A stretch of 63,272 nucleotides of DNA, counting the filler, from Basidiobolus ranarum (lineage: Eukaryota), in assembly GCA_040143965.1 (NCBI GenBank). It is 5 parts of 5 records of this genome, joined end to end, with 100 filler letters (N's around TTAATTAATTAA, not from the genome) between each part and the next. Parts side by side here need not be neighbours in the genome. Positions count along the whole stretch, not along the records: positions 12,698 to 25,287 come from JASJQH010000531.1; positions 25,388 to 37,968 come from JASJQH010000532.1; 3 more parts are not named here. The stretch is one strand, 5' to 3'. Of this stretch, positions 14,092-26,432 are shown piece by piece. Each line of letters begins with the position of its first letter. Positions within the stretch are counted from its first letter, which is position 1. The translations under genes were made by a program, and so were the position numbers. The notes under the pieces were generated by a model. The model searched no databases and was not told where the DNA came from. It saw only the letters and a list, made by a program, of their open reading frames with translations.

Positions 14092-14565
14092 TTATTTCAC
14101 TTTGGTTTCTAAAAAATCTTTAGCTTCGTTGATTTTACTAGCGAGATAAGGCGAGCCTCCTCTGTCTGGATGGTTGAGCAACATAATTGTACGATGAGCC
14201 TCTTTGATTTTGGTTTTACTCAGACCAGTTTCACTGTTTTTCATCTTTAACAATCACGGTGAATATGAGTGAATGATAAATAATTATTTACCGAAGACCA
14301 AGAATTAACGTAGCCTCTCGACGATTAATCTTTGGGTCAAAGCCACCTTTGTAGTGACGTGAAGGTGCAGTGAAATTTGGCAAAGTAATCTTTGGCATCT
14401 TAAGAGCACCAGATTCGTATGCTTTAATAGCAATACGAGCGGTTGTGGCAGCAGCAGCCAAACCAAGTCCAATAAACAAGGGAGTAGCCTATACAGACCG
14501 TGACACGTACAAGAAGATATAATTGTTAACAATCATCAAAAGACGAAGTCAAATGAGTTTACCAT
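14092..14565 (-). CDS. PAM18: Mitochondrial import motor J-protein Pam18/Tim14
   Basis: [40 protein letters not shown]. The first coding exon is the ATG alone (14563-14565); two introns. Confidence 0.92.
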
Positions 14566-14979
14566 TTATTTGAGCTATGGTTAGAGGTGGTAGTAATCAA
14601 CAGTAACGGTAATCCAAGACGTATCTTGCAGTTTTAGGTAAGGTACTGATTGGTGAGAGTCAATTCCAAATTCACAAAGGCTTATTGAAAAGGGGTTTAC
14701 TTAATTGCATAGATTAAATGATTTGATTTAATCCTAAACGAATATCAATTATTCCCATAACTAATGGACGGGGAAAATATTCTTTAAGGAAAAAAAGAGG
14801 TTTAGGAAAAAAAATATAAGAAAAAAGAAAAAAAATCTATGGAACAAAAGTAATCGTTAGATTGCATTTGCTTGTCCCTTGCTTTGGCGTTATAGCAAAG
14901 ACAAACACACTTTCTTCTATATTTTTTATTTTATTATCTTATTTAGTTTGTGCTTATACATTTATTGTAACTCTAAAGT

Positions 14980-15593
14980 ATGCGTTTAGAAAAGTGTTAT
15001 TTCTGTTCCTCCACTTGCTACCCTGGACACGGTAGCATGTTCGTCCGTAACGATAGTAAGGTATAGATTAAGTCAATATTATTTTCGAACCGGTTTACTA
15101 GTAGCAATTCTTTTACGCAAGAACCAGATCGACCTCCTTATTTTTTGCTTTTCAAATTTACAAGCATCACTTTATTGACTATTTCCTTCCTTAGATGTTC
15201 CGTTTCTGTCGTTCCAAGTGTCACAAGAATTTCAAAATGAAGAGAAACCCTAGAAAGGTTCGCTGGACTAAGGCTTTCCGTAAGTCTGCTGGTAAAGAAA
15301 TGACCATCGACTCCACTTTCGAGTTCGAGAAACGTCGTAATGTACCAGTTAAATACGATCGTGACTTAATGGCTACTACCATCAAGGCTATGAAGCGGGT
15401 TCAAGATATTCGTGCTCGCCGTGAGCGCACTTTCTTCAAGAACCGCATGTCTGGAAACAAAGAGAGAGAAAAGGCCGAAAATATCAAAGAGATCCAACGC
15501 AGTATTCATCTCGTTACTTCACCTGCACTCAAGAGCAAAATCCAAGTGGAAAAGATTCTCCAGAGCAGCAAGCAGATGGATGTGGACGCTTAA
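14980..15593 (+). CDS. RLP24: Ribosome biogenesis protein Rlp24 (RSL24D1)
   Basis: [23 protein letters not shown] | intron | [20 protein letters not shown]. Confidence 0.95.
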
Positions 15594-17303
15594 ATCATTA
15601 TTCATCATTTATTGAGTTAATCAGTACTCCCCTTTACCATCCTATTACTTCACCCGTAACGTCGTTTTGTTCCTATTCTCTTCTGCACACAAACCTTATC
15701 ATTCATAAATTGTTCTTCATTTTTCTGAATTCAATAGAATCAATTGTCATTCGGTGATTTTATGTTTTACTCTTCTTTAAATTGTAATCTTTACATTCAT
15801 GGTCTTGTTCAATGTCAAATATATATATGAATATCTATTTATTTCCCATCTGCAGTTAGTATAGAGCCTCTATATCACATGTCAGATGTTTATTAAAAGT
15901 ATAGATTTTATTTGCCAGAGATTTAAGCCATGGAAAGCACGTGACGACGATGGTACCTATTATAGTATGTTATATCAATAGATGCCAATTGACTTTTTCA
16001 TGACAATGCAGCAGTTAGATATGGAGATTCAAGGCCTCAATACGGGCTTGCAAGGAAATATGTTTGAGATCCCCATTTCTAGCTGCTGTAGTAAACCAAA
16101 GCAGCTACCCAAGAGAAAGGTCGGTAGTTAAAATAAGGTTAGACATGCTTTTCTCAAAGCTAGGTAACTGTTAATGGAGCAAAACATCGAGATATTCACC
16201 AACGAACAGATGTCGAGGTGCCAAGGTACCACACAAATATATCTTCACGGGCGATTCTACAGGCTCCACCCATATCAACAAACGAGAAGGCGGATACTGG
16301 ACTCTAGAGAGACCTAGATTACTAGCTGAGTAGGGTATTCTTAGGGTCAGCACTTTATGAAGCAGTAATTTGATATTGAAAAGGATTTATTAACAGTAGG
16401 TAAGAAAGCTGGGGGGGGGGGAGTCGCACATAATTTCGGTTTATGACTGACTAACCCGTAGCTTAAACTTGTACCCTCAGCCACCCCGACGGATCTGATA
16501 ACTAATGCAAATACTCTCCTGGTTAGTGTAGTTGAATGTATTTGTCCTAAAGCTAAAGATTCAGGACAGCAAATGAAGTTACTAAGCGCCTTTTAGAGAC
16601 GATTTTCGTGTAGAAGGTCAACTGCCAGTGTTTAGTAAATATTTAGCTTGAGGAGATCAGGTTTGGTGCCAACCTGACGCAATCAGATGTCACATTTTCG
16701 CATGGTTATTTATCGATTTTATTCAGTCATTTTGGTGGGAACATCGCATTTGACCTTAATATTGATTGCTGTTGTATCTCTAGCTTAAGGTGCCAATCCG
16801 ATTTGTGTCTAGATGACTCCCAGATTTGTCAAGATAATGTCCAAGAATTCAGTTTTGACAAGCAACTAGAGTTGTTAATGTAGATACTCTAACCAATTGA
16901 GGCAATTGCCAGTCCTGATGGTCGAATAGTGTAGTCCCATGGTGTGTTGATCGATAAATACTAGCTGTACAGTTTGGTAGTAACAAAATCATGGTGAATT
17001 AAATAAATCAGTGTGATGTTCGGAATTCTAAGATGGAAATTTTGAACCATATCCTAGTGTCTAGAGTGGCATAGTATAGTATTCCAATAGTTTAAATGAA
17101 AATCAGTCATCAGTAATGGATCAAATGAAGGCAGCGTAAGCATCGTTCGTCACTGCGAAACATTAATACGTAAACCTTTCAGAAATTAAATATGATCCAA
17201 GGTTTATAGATGCTACTTCAGTGTATTTGTCATCACAGTGATTTCGCGCTTCTACTCCTTACCTCAATATAAAGAACTGCTAGCTCGTTGACCTTCTATC
17301 AAA

Positions 17304-18899
17304 ATGACAAGTGTTGAAAAGAACCCGGAAATGCAACAGAACGAGATGTCGGAGGAGCTGAGTGCTGATATTTTAAACTCCAGCCGAGGAGAGATTCAAA
17401 ACCGAACACGGTTATTGGAAAATGATATTAAAGTAACGTATACCAAATTGCATTCTTATGTACAATGTGTTCATCCTCTCTACAGGTCATGAAAAGTGAG
17501 CAGATGCGTCTGCAACACGAGCAAACTGCTATGATGGAGCATATTAGAGAGAACAAAGAGAAAATCAAAATGAACAAGCAACTGCCGTATCTCGTTGGAA
17601 ATGTTGTAGAGGTATGTCTTAGTATCGTATTTAATAAATAATTACCACTGTTTACTAACAAAGCGTTGCAGATTATGGATATGAATCCAGATGATGAACC
17701 CGAAGAAGAGGGTGCCAATATCGACTTGGATGCTCAGCGTAAGGGGAAGTGCGCTGTAGTCAAAACCTCCACTCGACAAACTATTTTTCTGCCGTTGATA
17801 GGCTTGGTTGATAGTGATCAATTAAAGCCGAGTGATTTAATTGGAATGAATAAGGATAGTTACTTAGTATTGGATACGCTGCCTGCAGAGTTGGTTCATT
17901 TCACATTATAATGGCTGAACATTCCTGTTCTAACATTTTCATCCAGATATGATTCTCGTGTCAAGGCCATGGAAGTTGATGAGAAGCCCACTGAGGATTA
18001 CACAGATATCGGTGGATTGGACAAACAAATTGAGGAACTTGTTGAGGCCATTGTACTTCCTATGACACATGCAGATCGGTTCAAGAACCTCGGGATTACG
18101 CCCCCTAAAGGTTCTTTGATTTTTGCTTTTTATTGAAATGTCATTTGCTTACTTACCACATCTTGATCTATTCTAGGTGTTCTAATGTATGGGCCTCCTG
18201 GTACAGGGAAGACGTTGCTTGCTAGAGCGTGCGCTGCTCAAACCAACTCAACCTACTTGAAACTTGCGGGTCCTCAGCTAGTTCAGGTAAGCGATAATAT
18301 GTGGTTTAAACAGTAGTGATATACAATCCCAATTCGACTCAAATTTGACTTAGATGTTTATCGGTGATGGTGCCAAACTTGTCCGCGATGCGTTTGATTT
18401 AGCTAAAGAAAAGGCGCCTGCTATCATCTTCATTGATGAATTAGATGCTATTGGTACTAAACGTTTTGATAGTGAGAAAAGTGGCGATCGAGAAGTACAA
18501 AGAACCATGTTGGAGCTACTCAATCAACTTGACGGATTCAATAGCGATGAAAGAATTAAAGTAATAGCCGCTACAAACCGAATCGATATTCTTGATCCTG
18601 CTTTGTTGCGTTCAGGTCGTCTTGATCGTAAAATTGAATTCCCACTTCCTACTGAGGAGGCGCGTGCTCGAATTTTACAAATTCATTCCCGAAAGATGAC
18701 AGTCTCTTCGGATGTCAATTTTGAAGAGCTTGCACGATGCTGTGACGAATTCAATGGTGCACAGTGTAAAGCAGTGTGTGTGGAAGCTGGTATGCTTGCG
18801 CTTCGCAGAAGTGCCTCAGCACTAAGCCATGAGGACTTTATGGATGGTATCCAGGAGGTAATGGCAAAAAAGAAGACCTCTTTAAAATATTTTGCCTAA
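17304..18899 (+). CDS. RPT5: 26S proteasome AAA-ATPase Rpt5/PSMC3 (multi-exon)
   Basis: Motifs [40 protein letters not shown] and [16 protein letters not shown]. Confidence 0.96.
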
Positions 18900-19519
18900 A
18901 TATAGCGCACATTTTCATCTTTCTCGGTCGTATCTGGAGGGTGGGGGTTTGGAATCCTCTGTGCTCTATATGTATTGTATATCCGTTAAACAAATTGTTT
19001 TGAAATGTCAAATAAGGGTTGAGGTGTTGCTTTTGCCTGACTTGATCGTTCCTGTTGATGTTGCATTTAGGGTAGGGATCTAAGAATATCCAATGTCGAT
19101 CAAGATTTCCTAATTCTTGCATAAGATTGCACTTGATATGAATTAGTGGTGCTATTTAAATTCAATAAAGTCAGATATTCTATTAGTATCCACAGGCGGC
19201 CGATGATAATTTCATATCATTTCACAACTGGTTATTTTACGAAGTAACATTGGTGTCACTCTGTAGACCGGTAGCGTTACACTGACCGCATCGGGATCGA
19301 AGAAAAGTGACCTTACCCAAAGCGAGCTCCATTCATCACACCTAATCTGGATATTTCGTTGTTACTGAAGAAAAGGGTAATGATGGTACAGAAAACCATA
19401 CCAGTTCTACACACTAACACTAGCATTAATCAAAACAGTATGCTACATTCTTTTGGAGACGAAAAAAGCTGAACTCAAACGCTGAGTAGATTCATAGTTT
19501 CCGATGCCTTGGCTTTATT

Positions 19520-19828
19520 TTATAAAATGACGCACCCATAATAACGAATTTTGCGCGGAGGCGCTTGGGGAGGGATTGGATTATTCACGGGAGTTGTGAT
19601 TTGAGTCAAATTCATTTGAGAATCTGCTGCAGGGATTATCTGTTCGGACTCCAAGTTTTCAGCTTTGACAGTAGTCAGGGCGAACGAGGGGAACAGATTA
19701 GTACTTAGTTTATCTACAGGAAGCATTGATGTTGAGAGATCTTCAGAGTTAGTGGGAAATGATTGTGTGGTAGGTATCAAAACGGAGGCTACACTAAAGC
19801 AAGCGGAGATCTCAGTAGAAATTTTCAT
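19520..19828 (-). CDS. Small CaaX protein 1 (102 aa, ..PPRKIRYYGCVIL*); candidate prenylated peptide/pheromone precursor
   Basis: Intronless ORF that is paralogous to 20462-20734 at both termini; C-terminal CaaX box CVIL. Confidence 0.75.
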   Translation of the reverse strand: MKISTEISACFSVASVLIPTTQSFPTNSEDLSTSMLPVDKLSTNLFPSFALTTVKAENLESEQIIPAADSQMNLTQITTPVNNPIPPQAPPRKIRYYGCVIL

Positions 19829-20461
19829 TTTCTCAGATGGGTAGTTACAATTTGAATTCCAACTTAAAGCTCTCTTTATACGATTATAATCCTTTTCAAA
19901 AAAAGCCCACTTTATCTAAAAACGGTCAGCACTTCTTTCAATACTGTTCCAGAAGGATAACAGGGTCGTTGAAGGAGAAATCTTTAGCAAAGAAATGTAG
20001 GCTGCCTTGTGTTAACCAATCCAAATATTTAATACCGCCCTTTTGGTTGTGTTGAGATTCTTCAAAATCTGTATTAAAGAGTCCTGATGCCATGGACTTT
20101 GTTTGTATTGGATTATTTTGTTGAATGAATCACATGTACCGTTGGCGAGCTTCATTCAAAAACATGTTTGTGGTGAATGGTTGTTCCGGCTATTTAACAA
20201 TACTTCTGTGGGGATACAATTCACAGAAAACCCCATCGCGAAGTTTCGCGGGATTACCAAATGCATATAACACGTTATCTGTGAACCGTGTTCCACATGG
20301 GGTCAAAGAGAATTGACATCTACTTAGTAGTTTATTGTAGGCGTGTGGTAAATTTAAACATTCACACTGCTGAGAACAATTGAAAAATGTATAGGAGTTA
20401 CAATACAAACTTGCAAGTTTATTAATAATAAATAATGATTATACGGTTAATTCTAATGGAG

Positions 20462-20734
20462 TCAACAAACAACACAACCATAGTATCTAATTCCGCGTTT
20501 GGCCCGTACTCTAGGTACTGTTTTGATAATGTCAAACCCCTCCCTGGTTAGATTTTCGCTGTGACATCGAGCCACTCGCGTAGATATCCTTGGCAACAGC
20601 TCAGGTTTAGTAGTAGCCACTGGTATACTGAGGGGCAACAGAGGATCTTCAGATGTTAGGGGATACGGTTGTGTGGTAGACACAAAAATTGAGGCAACGC
20701 TTAAGCATGTCAAAGCTTCACCTATGACTTTCAT
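20462..20734 (-). CDS. Small CaaX protein 2 (90 aa, ..RAKRGIRYYGCVVC*); candidate prenylated peptide/pheromone precursor
   Basis: Shares MK...E...C.SVAS....TTQ..P..SED, ENL and IRYYGCV with the 19520-19828 ORF; CaaX box CVVC. Confidence 0.75.
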   Translation of the reverse strand: MKVIGEALTCLSVASIFVSTTQPYPLTSEDPLLPLSIPVATTKPELLPRISTRVARCHSENLTREGFDIIKTVPRVRAKRGIRYYGCVVC

Positions 20735-21290
20735 TATTTAACTGTCGTGTGAGTGTATGTGGGGTCCTATGCAGAGAAAAAGGATACAACACGTTCTTTT
20801 ATCCTCTACTGATTCTTAACTTCCTCAACAATTGGAAGGGTGTTGATTAGATGGGGTGGTCGTACCTGACCCTACAAAAGCAGAGACTGTTTAGATACAG
20901 GCCATCTGTTCCATTTGATGCTTGATTCATTAATTTGGCCACACCGCTCTACAAAGGGACTCGATTCAATTCACAGGTTCTCTATACTTGACCTTGTTAC
21001 TTTCCATAAGTAAATGCCACTTCTGCTTGAATCCTAAATTGCTCTTCGTATATCATCCGCACGCTTGAAAATATTAGCACACTTTCTTGGTTGATCGTCG
21101 TTGTTAGCTATATAGGATCACCTTTTTTGGTTTGAAATTGTCAAATTCAGATCCTTGATATTAAGTGCATTGAGGGAGGTTTTAATGTGATCTATATTGT
21201 GTGACACAAAATGCGATCATTACTGATGTAGTGTAGAGCTTATTATTGCTTAGATATTTGAAGACAATTCCTGATTGTCAGTATCAATAG

Positions 21291-22802
21291 GACTGCAGTG
21301 TTCCGCACCTTTAAACACTGTATTAACCAGTCGAGCTTAGCGAGTGAGTGGATCGTTATCTCATTCCTCATTTTGTTATATACCAGGGTCCACTTGAAAG
21401 CCTGCTCGATTCCTTGCACAAAATATACTTCCAGCACGAACATACCTATTTTGTTGTTGATTTGTTTGACTTTTGAGTTCTTGGGTACTTATCCGAAACG
21501 CCACCTCTCTAATCAAATCTCTCGTATATTACTTGATGAAACAGATTTGAAGGGCCAAGTCAATATCTTAAAGTATTACTTGACTAACACCAATGTATCA
21601 TTGATCCCCATATTCATTAATATGAGTATATTAAGCAGCTTCCAGTGAATGATTTTGCCTTAGATCTTGAGCTCATTTTCAGTATTCATTCACTTTCCAA
21701 AGGGTTACTATTACTGGAATAGACAAAAGTTTCAAGATATTACATATCAAATGAATGCACCATTGATGTTCACCCTGTTGACTGACGATTTACCTTTGCT
21801 GCAGCCTAAACATATGCAAAGAAAGTAGGATTGCATCATCCTTAATGGTAAACCGAGTGAATTCCTTCATACTTTCACTAACACTTGGAGTTGCAGAAAA
21901 AACACAACGCCTTGCAGGTAAGAACGTGCAAAAGTATGAGGTTCACAGAGGATTTAAATGATTCATATCGCCACATATACTAGAGATCCATTTGTTTCTT
22001 CGAGCTCATTAAAAAAATGTCACTTGAAAACTCCACGGCAGCAATACACAAGGACGATGATTGGTAAACATATTCGCTTGGTCAAAAGGGTACAACTATT
22101 TGCTAACCATAATTCAGTTCAGACGTTGAGGAGATCGACCAGTCATTTGGTGAGCTTTCAGTCGACGATATTGATTTTTGGAGTAGCCGGTTTATATCTC
22201 AATACCACTCCAACTCTACATATGATGAAGAAGTGGACTCAGATATCGAGCAGGACACTATTAGTAACTTCAAGTTCGATTTACTATTGGAGCGGGTTCT
22301 GAAAAATGACCCGCAAGAGGAACTGAGAAGTTGGATAGAATCCCCTGATTCTGAAGTGCCCCATGTGGATTTCGATGAATTACTGGACGTTATTTTGACC
22401 GGAAGCGACAATCAAGTAGAGAGATGTATTAAGACCGTTGAAAGGTAACTTTCTTAACGAGTGCAATTTTCTAGTTGGATTATTGACCTGCTATATTTGT
22501 AGAGCCCACAACTTGATGAGGAGTCAGGCCTTTCGACAATTCTAGCCACTCCAGATATTATGACTCCAAGCTTGCTTGCTGTTAATGGAGAAGTCGGGAT
22601 TTTTACGCAGTTACTATTATTGGATTAACGGATATTTATCACTGAGAACCTCTGGTGTTATTCAGGCATAGACTTTAAGAAATCAATCGAATTTGCTATT
22701 AAATCACCGAGTATTTTCATTACTTTGGATATGTTTCGGTTCAAAATGAAAGTATATGTTGAACAATGCTGTATTCTTGTATATGATATGGATGAACCTT
22801 AA
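21291..22802 (+). CDS. Multi-exon hypothetical protein (start not determined)
   Basis: A series of open segments bounded by plausible GT/AG sites: ..ILLLIYLKGQVNILKYY.., an acidic central exon DVEEIDQSF..DFDELLDVIL, and a final GIDFKKSIEFAIKSP..MDEP*. Confidence 0.4.
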
Positions 22803-24703
22803 TACAAACTCAACATCTGCAACATCAATAAGTCTTATCATTGGACTGAAGTAGTATTGTGAGTTCACACTTCATAACTGTGGCAAATAGTAGAGAATGC
22901 GGAGTAGACAGGAAATCGGACACTTGGTGCCAATTTCTACGACTTGATCTGCATACAAAACATGCGGATTATTATAACTAGTAGAGGATGACATTCAAAT
23001 CCATGGAGCTGAGGTAGCCAACATCTTTAATCTCTGTTCCTTAGACTAAATCTTTGAAATCCAATACGGATTAAGCAGTCACACGTTGCTTAATTCAATC
23101 CGATATATCGTTGGTTGATTGCACGAATCGTTATTGTCCACTTGAGAAGTGCCTTTGAATGGCTTACATTAGTTATCTCCAGTGGATGAGTTGCTAGCTT
23201 ACAGTAATAATTCTATAGAGATTATATATATGTGGGTGTAGGTGCATGATGAAGCTTGACTTGAGAGATAGAACCCGAAAAGCATAGCTGTCGTTTTTTC
23301 TTGATACAAGACAAAGGCTATACCGAGTTTCATTTCAAAATTGATTACTGTTTCTACCACCACACAAGTAACATAGTAAGTACTTTTACTCAACTTTCAC
23401 TTTTACAAGTTAATTGGATTACTATTGATTGGAATGAAGGATAGTTTGGAAATATGTCTGATTCTTACGGACTTTAATGGTGCGAATTTCGTGACTCACC
23501 CGAATTTCCGTAGTACTTCGGTAACCGTTCAAGTCAACGATCACATGATTAAACAGAGAAAAGACTAGATGTGTCAGTAGTCATCAGGACTCTATGATTG
23601 GAGAAAGGTAACAGAAAGTATTTTGATTTTCCAAGGTGTCCATCTAATGATACTCCAATCATATAACATGTATGTAGATTTGAGTGATTCTTTGTTATTA
23701 GGGTTCTACTCGGTTATTTGATTTATAGGAAGAATAATTTTCACTAGAAATGATGAATTCATAAATGACTACAAAAATAATCTAATATCAAAATAAGTAT
23801 ATCCTAAAATAAAATACTATCGACATTTATCGAAATTGTTAACATATATCCCATGTCTAATCACCACTTTCCTGATAATTTTATCAATTCAAATAATCTA
23901 CTGTAACGCTACGTTATACTGTATGATTGGAATTACCCAGCATCTGTTCTTATGCAAGTGGATTACGAGATAACAATCTTTTGTCGCTCCATACTTTGTG
24001 TAGTTCACTCAAACTTTGACACTTGGCCCTCAAGCATATCCTCAAGACGATAACGTAACGATATGGATATCTCAATGAGTACTTGGGATACCTAGTAATA
24101 ACCAAGTCAGTCAGAGATTATATCAAGGATTCATAGCAAATATCTCAAAAAGTTTCACTTTCGCCAAAAATAAGAGTTAAATAATGGTAAAAATAGGTAG
24201 ATCCTCTCAGTTGAGTTCTCTACAAAACTTGAGCAAGTATTGAATATATTTGGATTTATTTATGTATTAAATTATATATACTTGGGACTATGACGTTACG
24301 CTTCTAAGAATTTATCTTTGGGTAGTTCCTTTCTATAAAGATTTCTTCAATTACTGGATATCTCTTCTACCATCGACCATAATGTACTTTCTATAGAATA
24401 AAAATCGATTTTGATTTCGCATTTAATTCTCTCCTCAATACATCTTCACATTGCAACATATACACATCTATACTAATTCATTGGAAGTGTAAAATGGTTT
24501 TTTTTAGGAATTATTAAAAGCATTTGTCTTTTATGAATACTATTTTCGCTCTTATAGTTCAACTTATTAGAGTCAAAGAAAAACTGACATAAACGTGTAT
24601 TGGTGTACTATTTGAAATCCTTATTTGTCTTGCCTTGCCCTGCTTTGCATACTTTCATTCGTCTTATACTGTAAAGAACAGTAGTAATTGAGCAATATAC
24701 ATT

Positions 24704-25287
24704 TTAGCGATGAACTTTTTCTCCTTGATCTTTAATCCATATACAACTCCATCCTTGGGGGGTGAATTCCTCACCAGAATCCCAACGCCGCCAGGCCTCC
24801 AAATAGCCTTTCTCTAAGTTTCGTACCCATCGAGGTGTATCGAATAATGGTGAATGGTCTCGCTTAAGGAATAGATCACGTCGGAGATCCATTAGAATTC
24901 CTCGGCCAACTCTATACACTGATGCTGGAGATGGTTGGTGAACAGTCTCGTCCATAAATCCAAATGCTTGGTGGGTTGGTTGCGATGGAGCCTCGTCATC
25001 CACTACAAATTCATAGCTTAGATCCTGAGCATATTTAACCGCTATATCTTCAAACTCCCATTCAGATGAGGCCACCATTTTGTCTCCATGCCCAGTAGCA
25101 TATGCTATACTAGCAGCAACTCGAGAGCAAAGCTTGTGCCGATGACGAGGGAAGGTAAGAATTGGTGTACCTGACCATAGAATATCACATCCAGTTGTAT
25201 GTCCGTTGCAGTCCGGTGTATCAAGGAACACGTCAGCCACACGTCCACGATGAATATGGCCACTTTTGGGTGCTACATCGGTGAAAA
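24704..25287 (-). CDS. OGT: O-GlcNAc transferase (GT41) catalytic C-terminus; 5' truncated by contig end
   Basis: RGRVADVFLDTPDCNGHTTGCDILWSGTP..SRVAAS..SPLFDT..NLEKGY. Confidence 0.9.
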
Positions 25288-25387
25288 NNNNNNNNNNNNN
25301 NNNNNNNNNNNNNNNNNNNNNNNNNNNNNNNTTAATTAATTAANNNNNNNNNNNNNNNNNNNNNNNNNNNNNNNNNNNNNNNNNNNN
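25288..25387. other. Artificial contig spacer
   Basis: N44-TTAATTAATTAA-N44. Confidence 0.99.
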
Positions 25388-26160
25388 AGTTATATGCACT
25401 ACAGAAGTAAACAAGTTTTTAGAAAGAGGCTCACATTTGTAGTGCACATTGACAGTCTACCACCAATGTAGCCCCTATAAAATCAGGGGCAATGCATAAA
25501 TGCATGTTTCCAGTACTATGCAACTTGAAAATTAGTATGTTTTTGAAATTATAGAGGGTTCAATAGTGCACTTTGCTTTTATTTATATTATTTGGAATAC
25601 CTTAGTTACAAATACATTGCATTTTATACAACTTTTTAAATTTGTAGCACCTTTGTGCTGTGCAGGTTACATAGCCCAAAAGTTTATTTTAATGACTATT
25701 TGTTGTTTTGTATATAAATAAAAATGTATGGAGCTTAGTGCTAGTGGTATGTCAATATTTATAAACATGAGTAGAAAGCTTTTATCAACACTTTCAATAT
25801 TTCTAGATTTGTAATATAATTATGATATATCCAATATTCACTTTCTTCTTTATTTAATTTTCTAAACCTCACAAAGTTCTTACAAATATTGCTAATTCAT
25901 AATGTTAATCAAGTTTCCTCATTACTGTCAATAATATATAGAGGATATTCTCAATAAGTAATTTATGAATTATTAAGCTAAAAAGTAGCCAGTTTACTTA
26001 TGGTAAAATTATAATACTTAAAAGCTTTCAGAGTCTGAAAGAAAACATCTGCACTTGGATTTCCTAGAGACTTATAAATTTACAAAAATTAAAGAAATAT
26101 TTAATATCTGGGAAATTTCAGCTTTCTTTTTATACTGGGAGGACTGCGTCCCCCAGACCC
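25388..26160. mobile_element. Decayed repeat/transposon relic (AT-rich, CpG-free), ending in a GC hairpin
   Basis: No CG dinucleotide seen from 25388 to ~26146 and no long ORF. Ends at CTGGGAGGAC-TGC-GTCCCCCAG followed by ACCCC. Confidence 0.4.
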
Positions 26161-26432
26161 CTTCTTTTCATCCTTACCCTTACCAGAACATCTATACCCA
26201 CTTTCTCCTCTTCCGGAAGAGCAACAAATGAAGTTACTACACGCTTGTGGTTCTATACTAAATAATGAAGTAGTGAACGCGCTAGTACATGCTCATTAAA
26301 TTGAAAGTGTATGTGGAGACATTTATTAACTGCAGTTCTTGATACTGTCATTGTCTATCCAAATTCAACGAACTTATCCAAACATGAATAGGGAGCTTAA
26401 ACACCTGGAAATGGAGTGTGGTAGGTGGTTTT

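Noticed and set aside
16000-16308. Possible two-exon small ORF (MTMQQLDMEIQ..) between RLP24 and RPT5
   Set aside because: No recognisable motif or paralog; could be chance.
21480-21730. HMG-box-like words (YPKRHLSNQISRIL..FPKGYYY) next to the CaaX genes, suggesting a mating-type HMG gene
   Set aside because: The first word most likely lies in an intron (GTTTGA..AAACAG), and no PRPxNxF helix-1 motif or conserved Trp is found.
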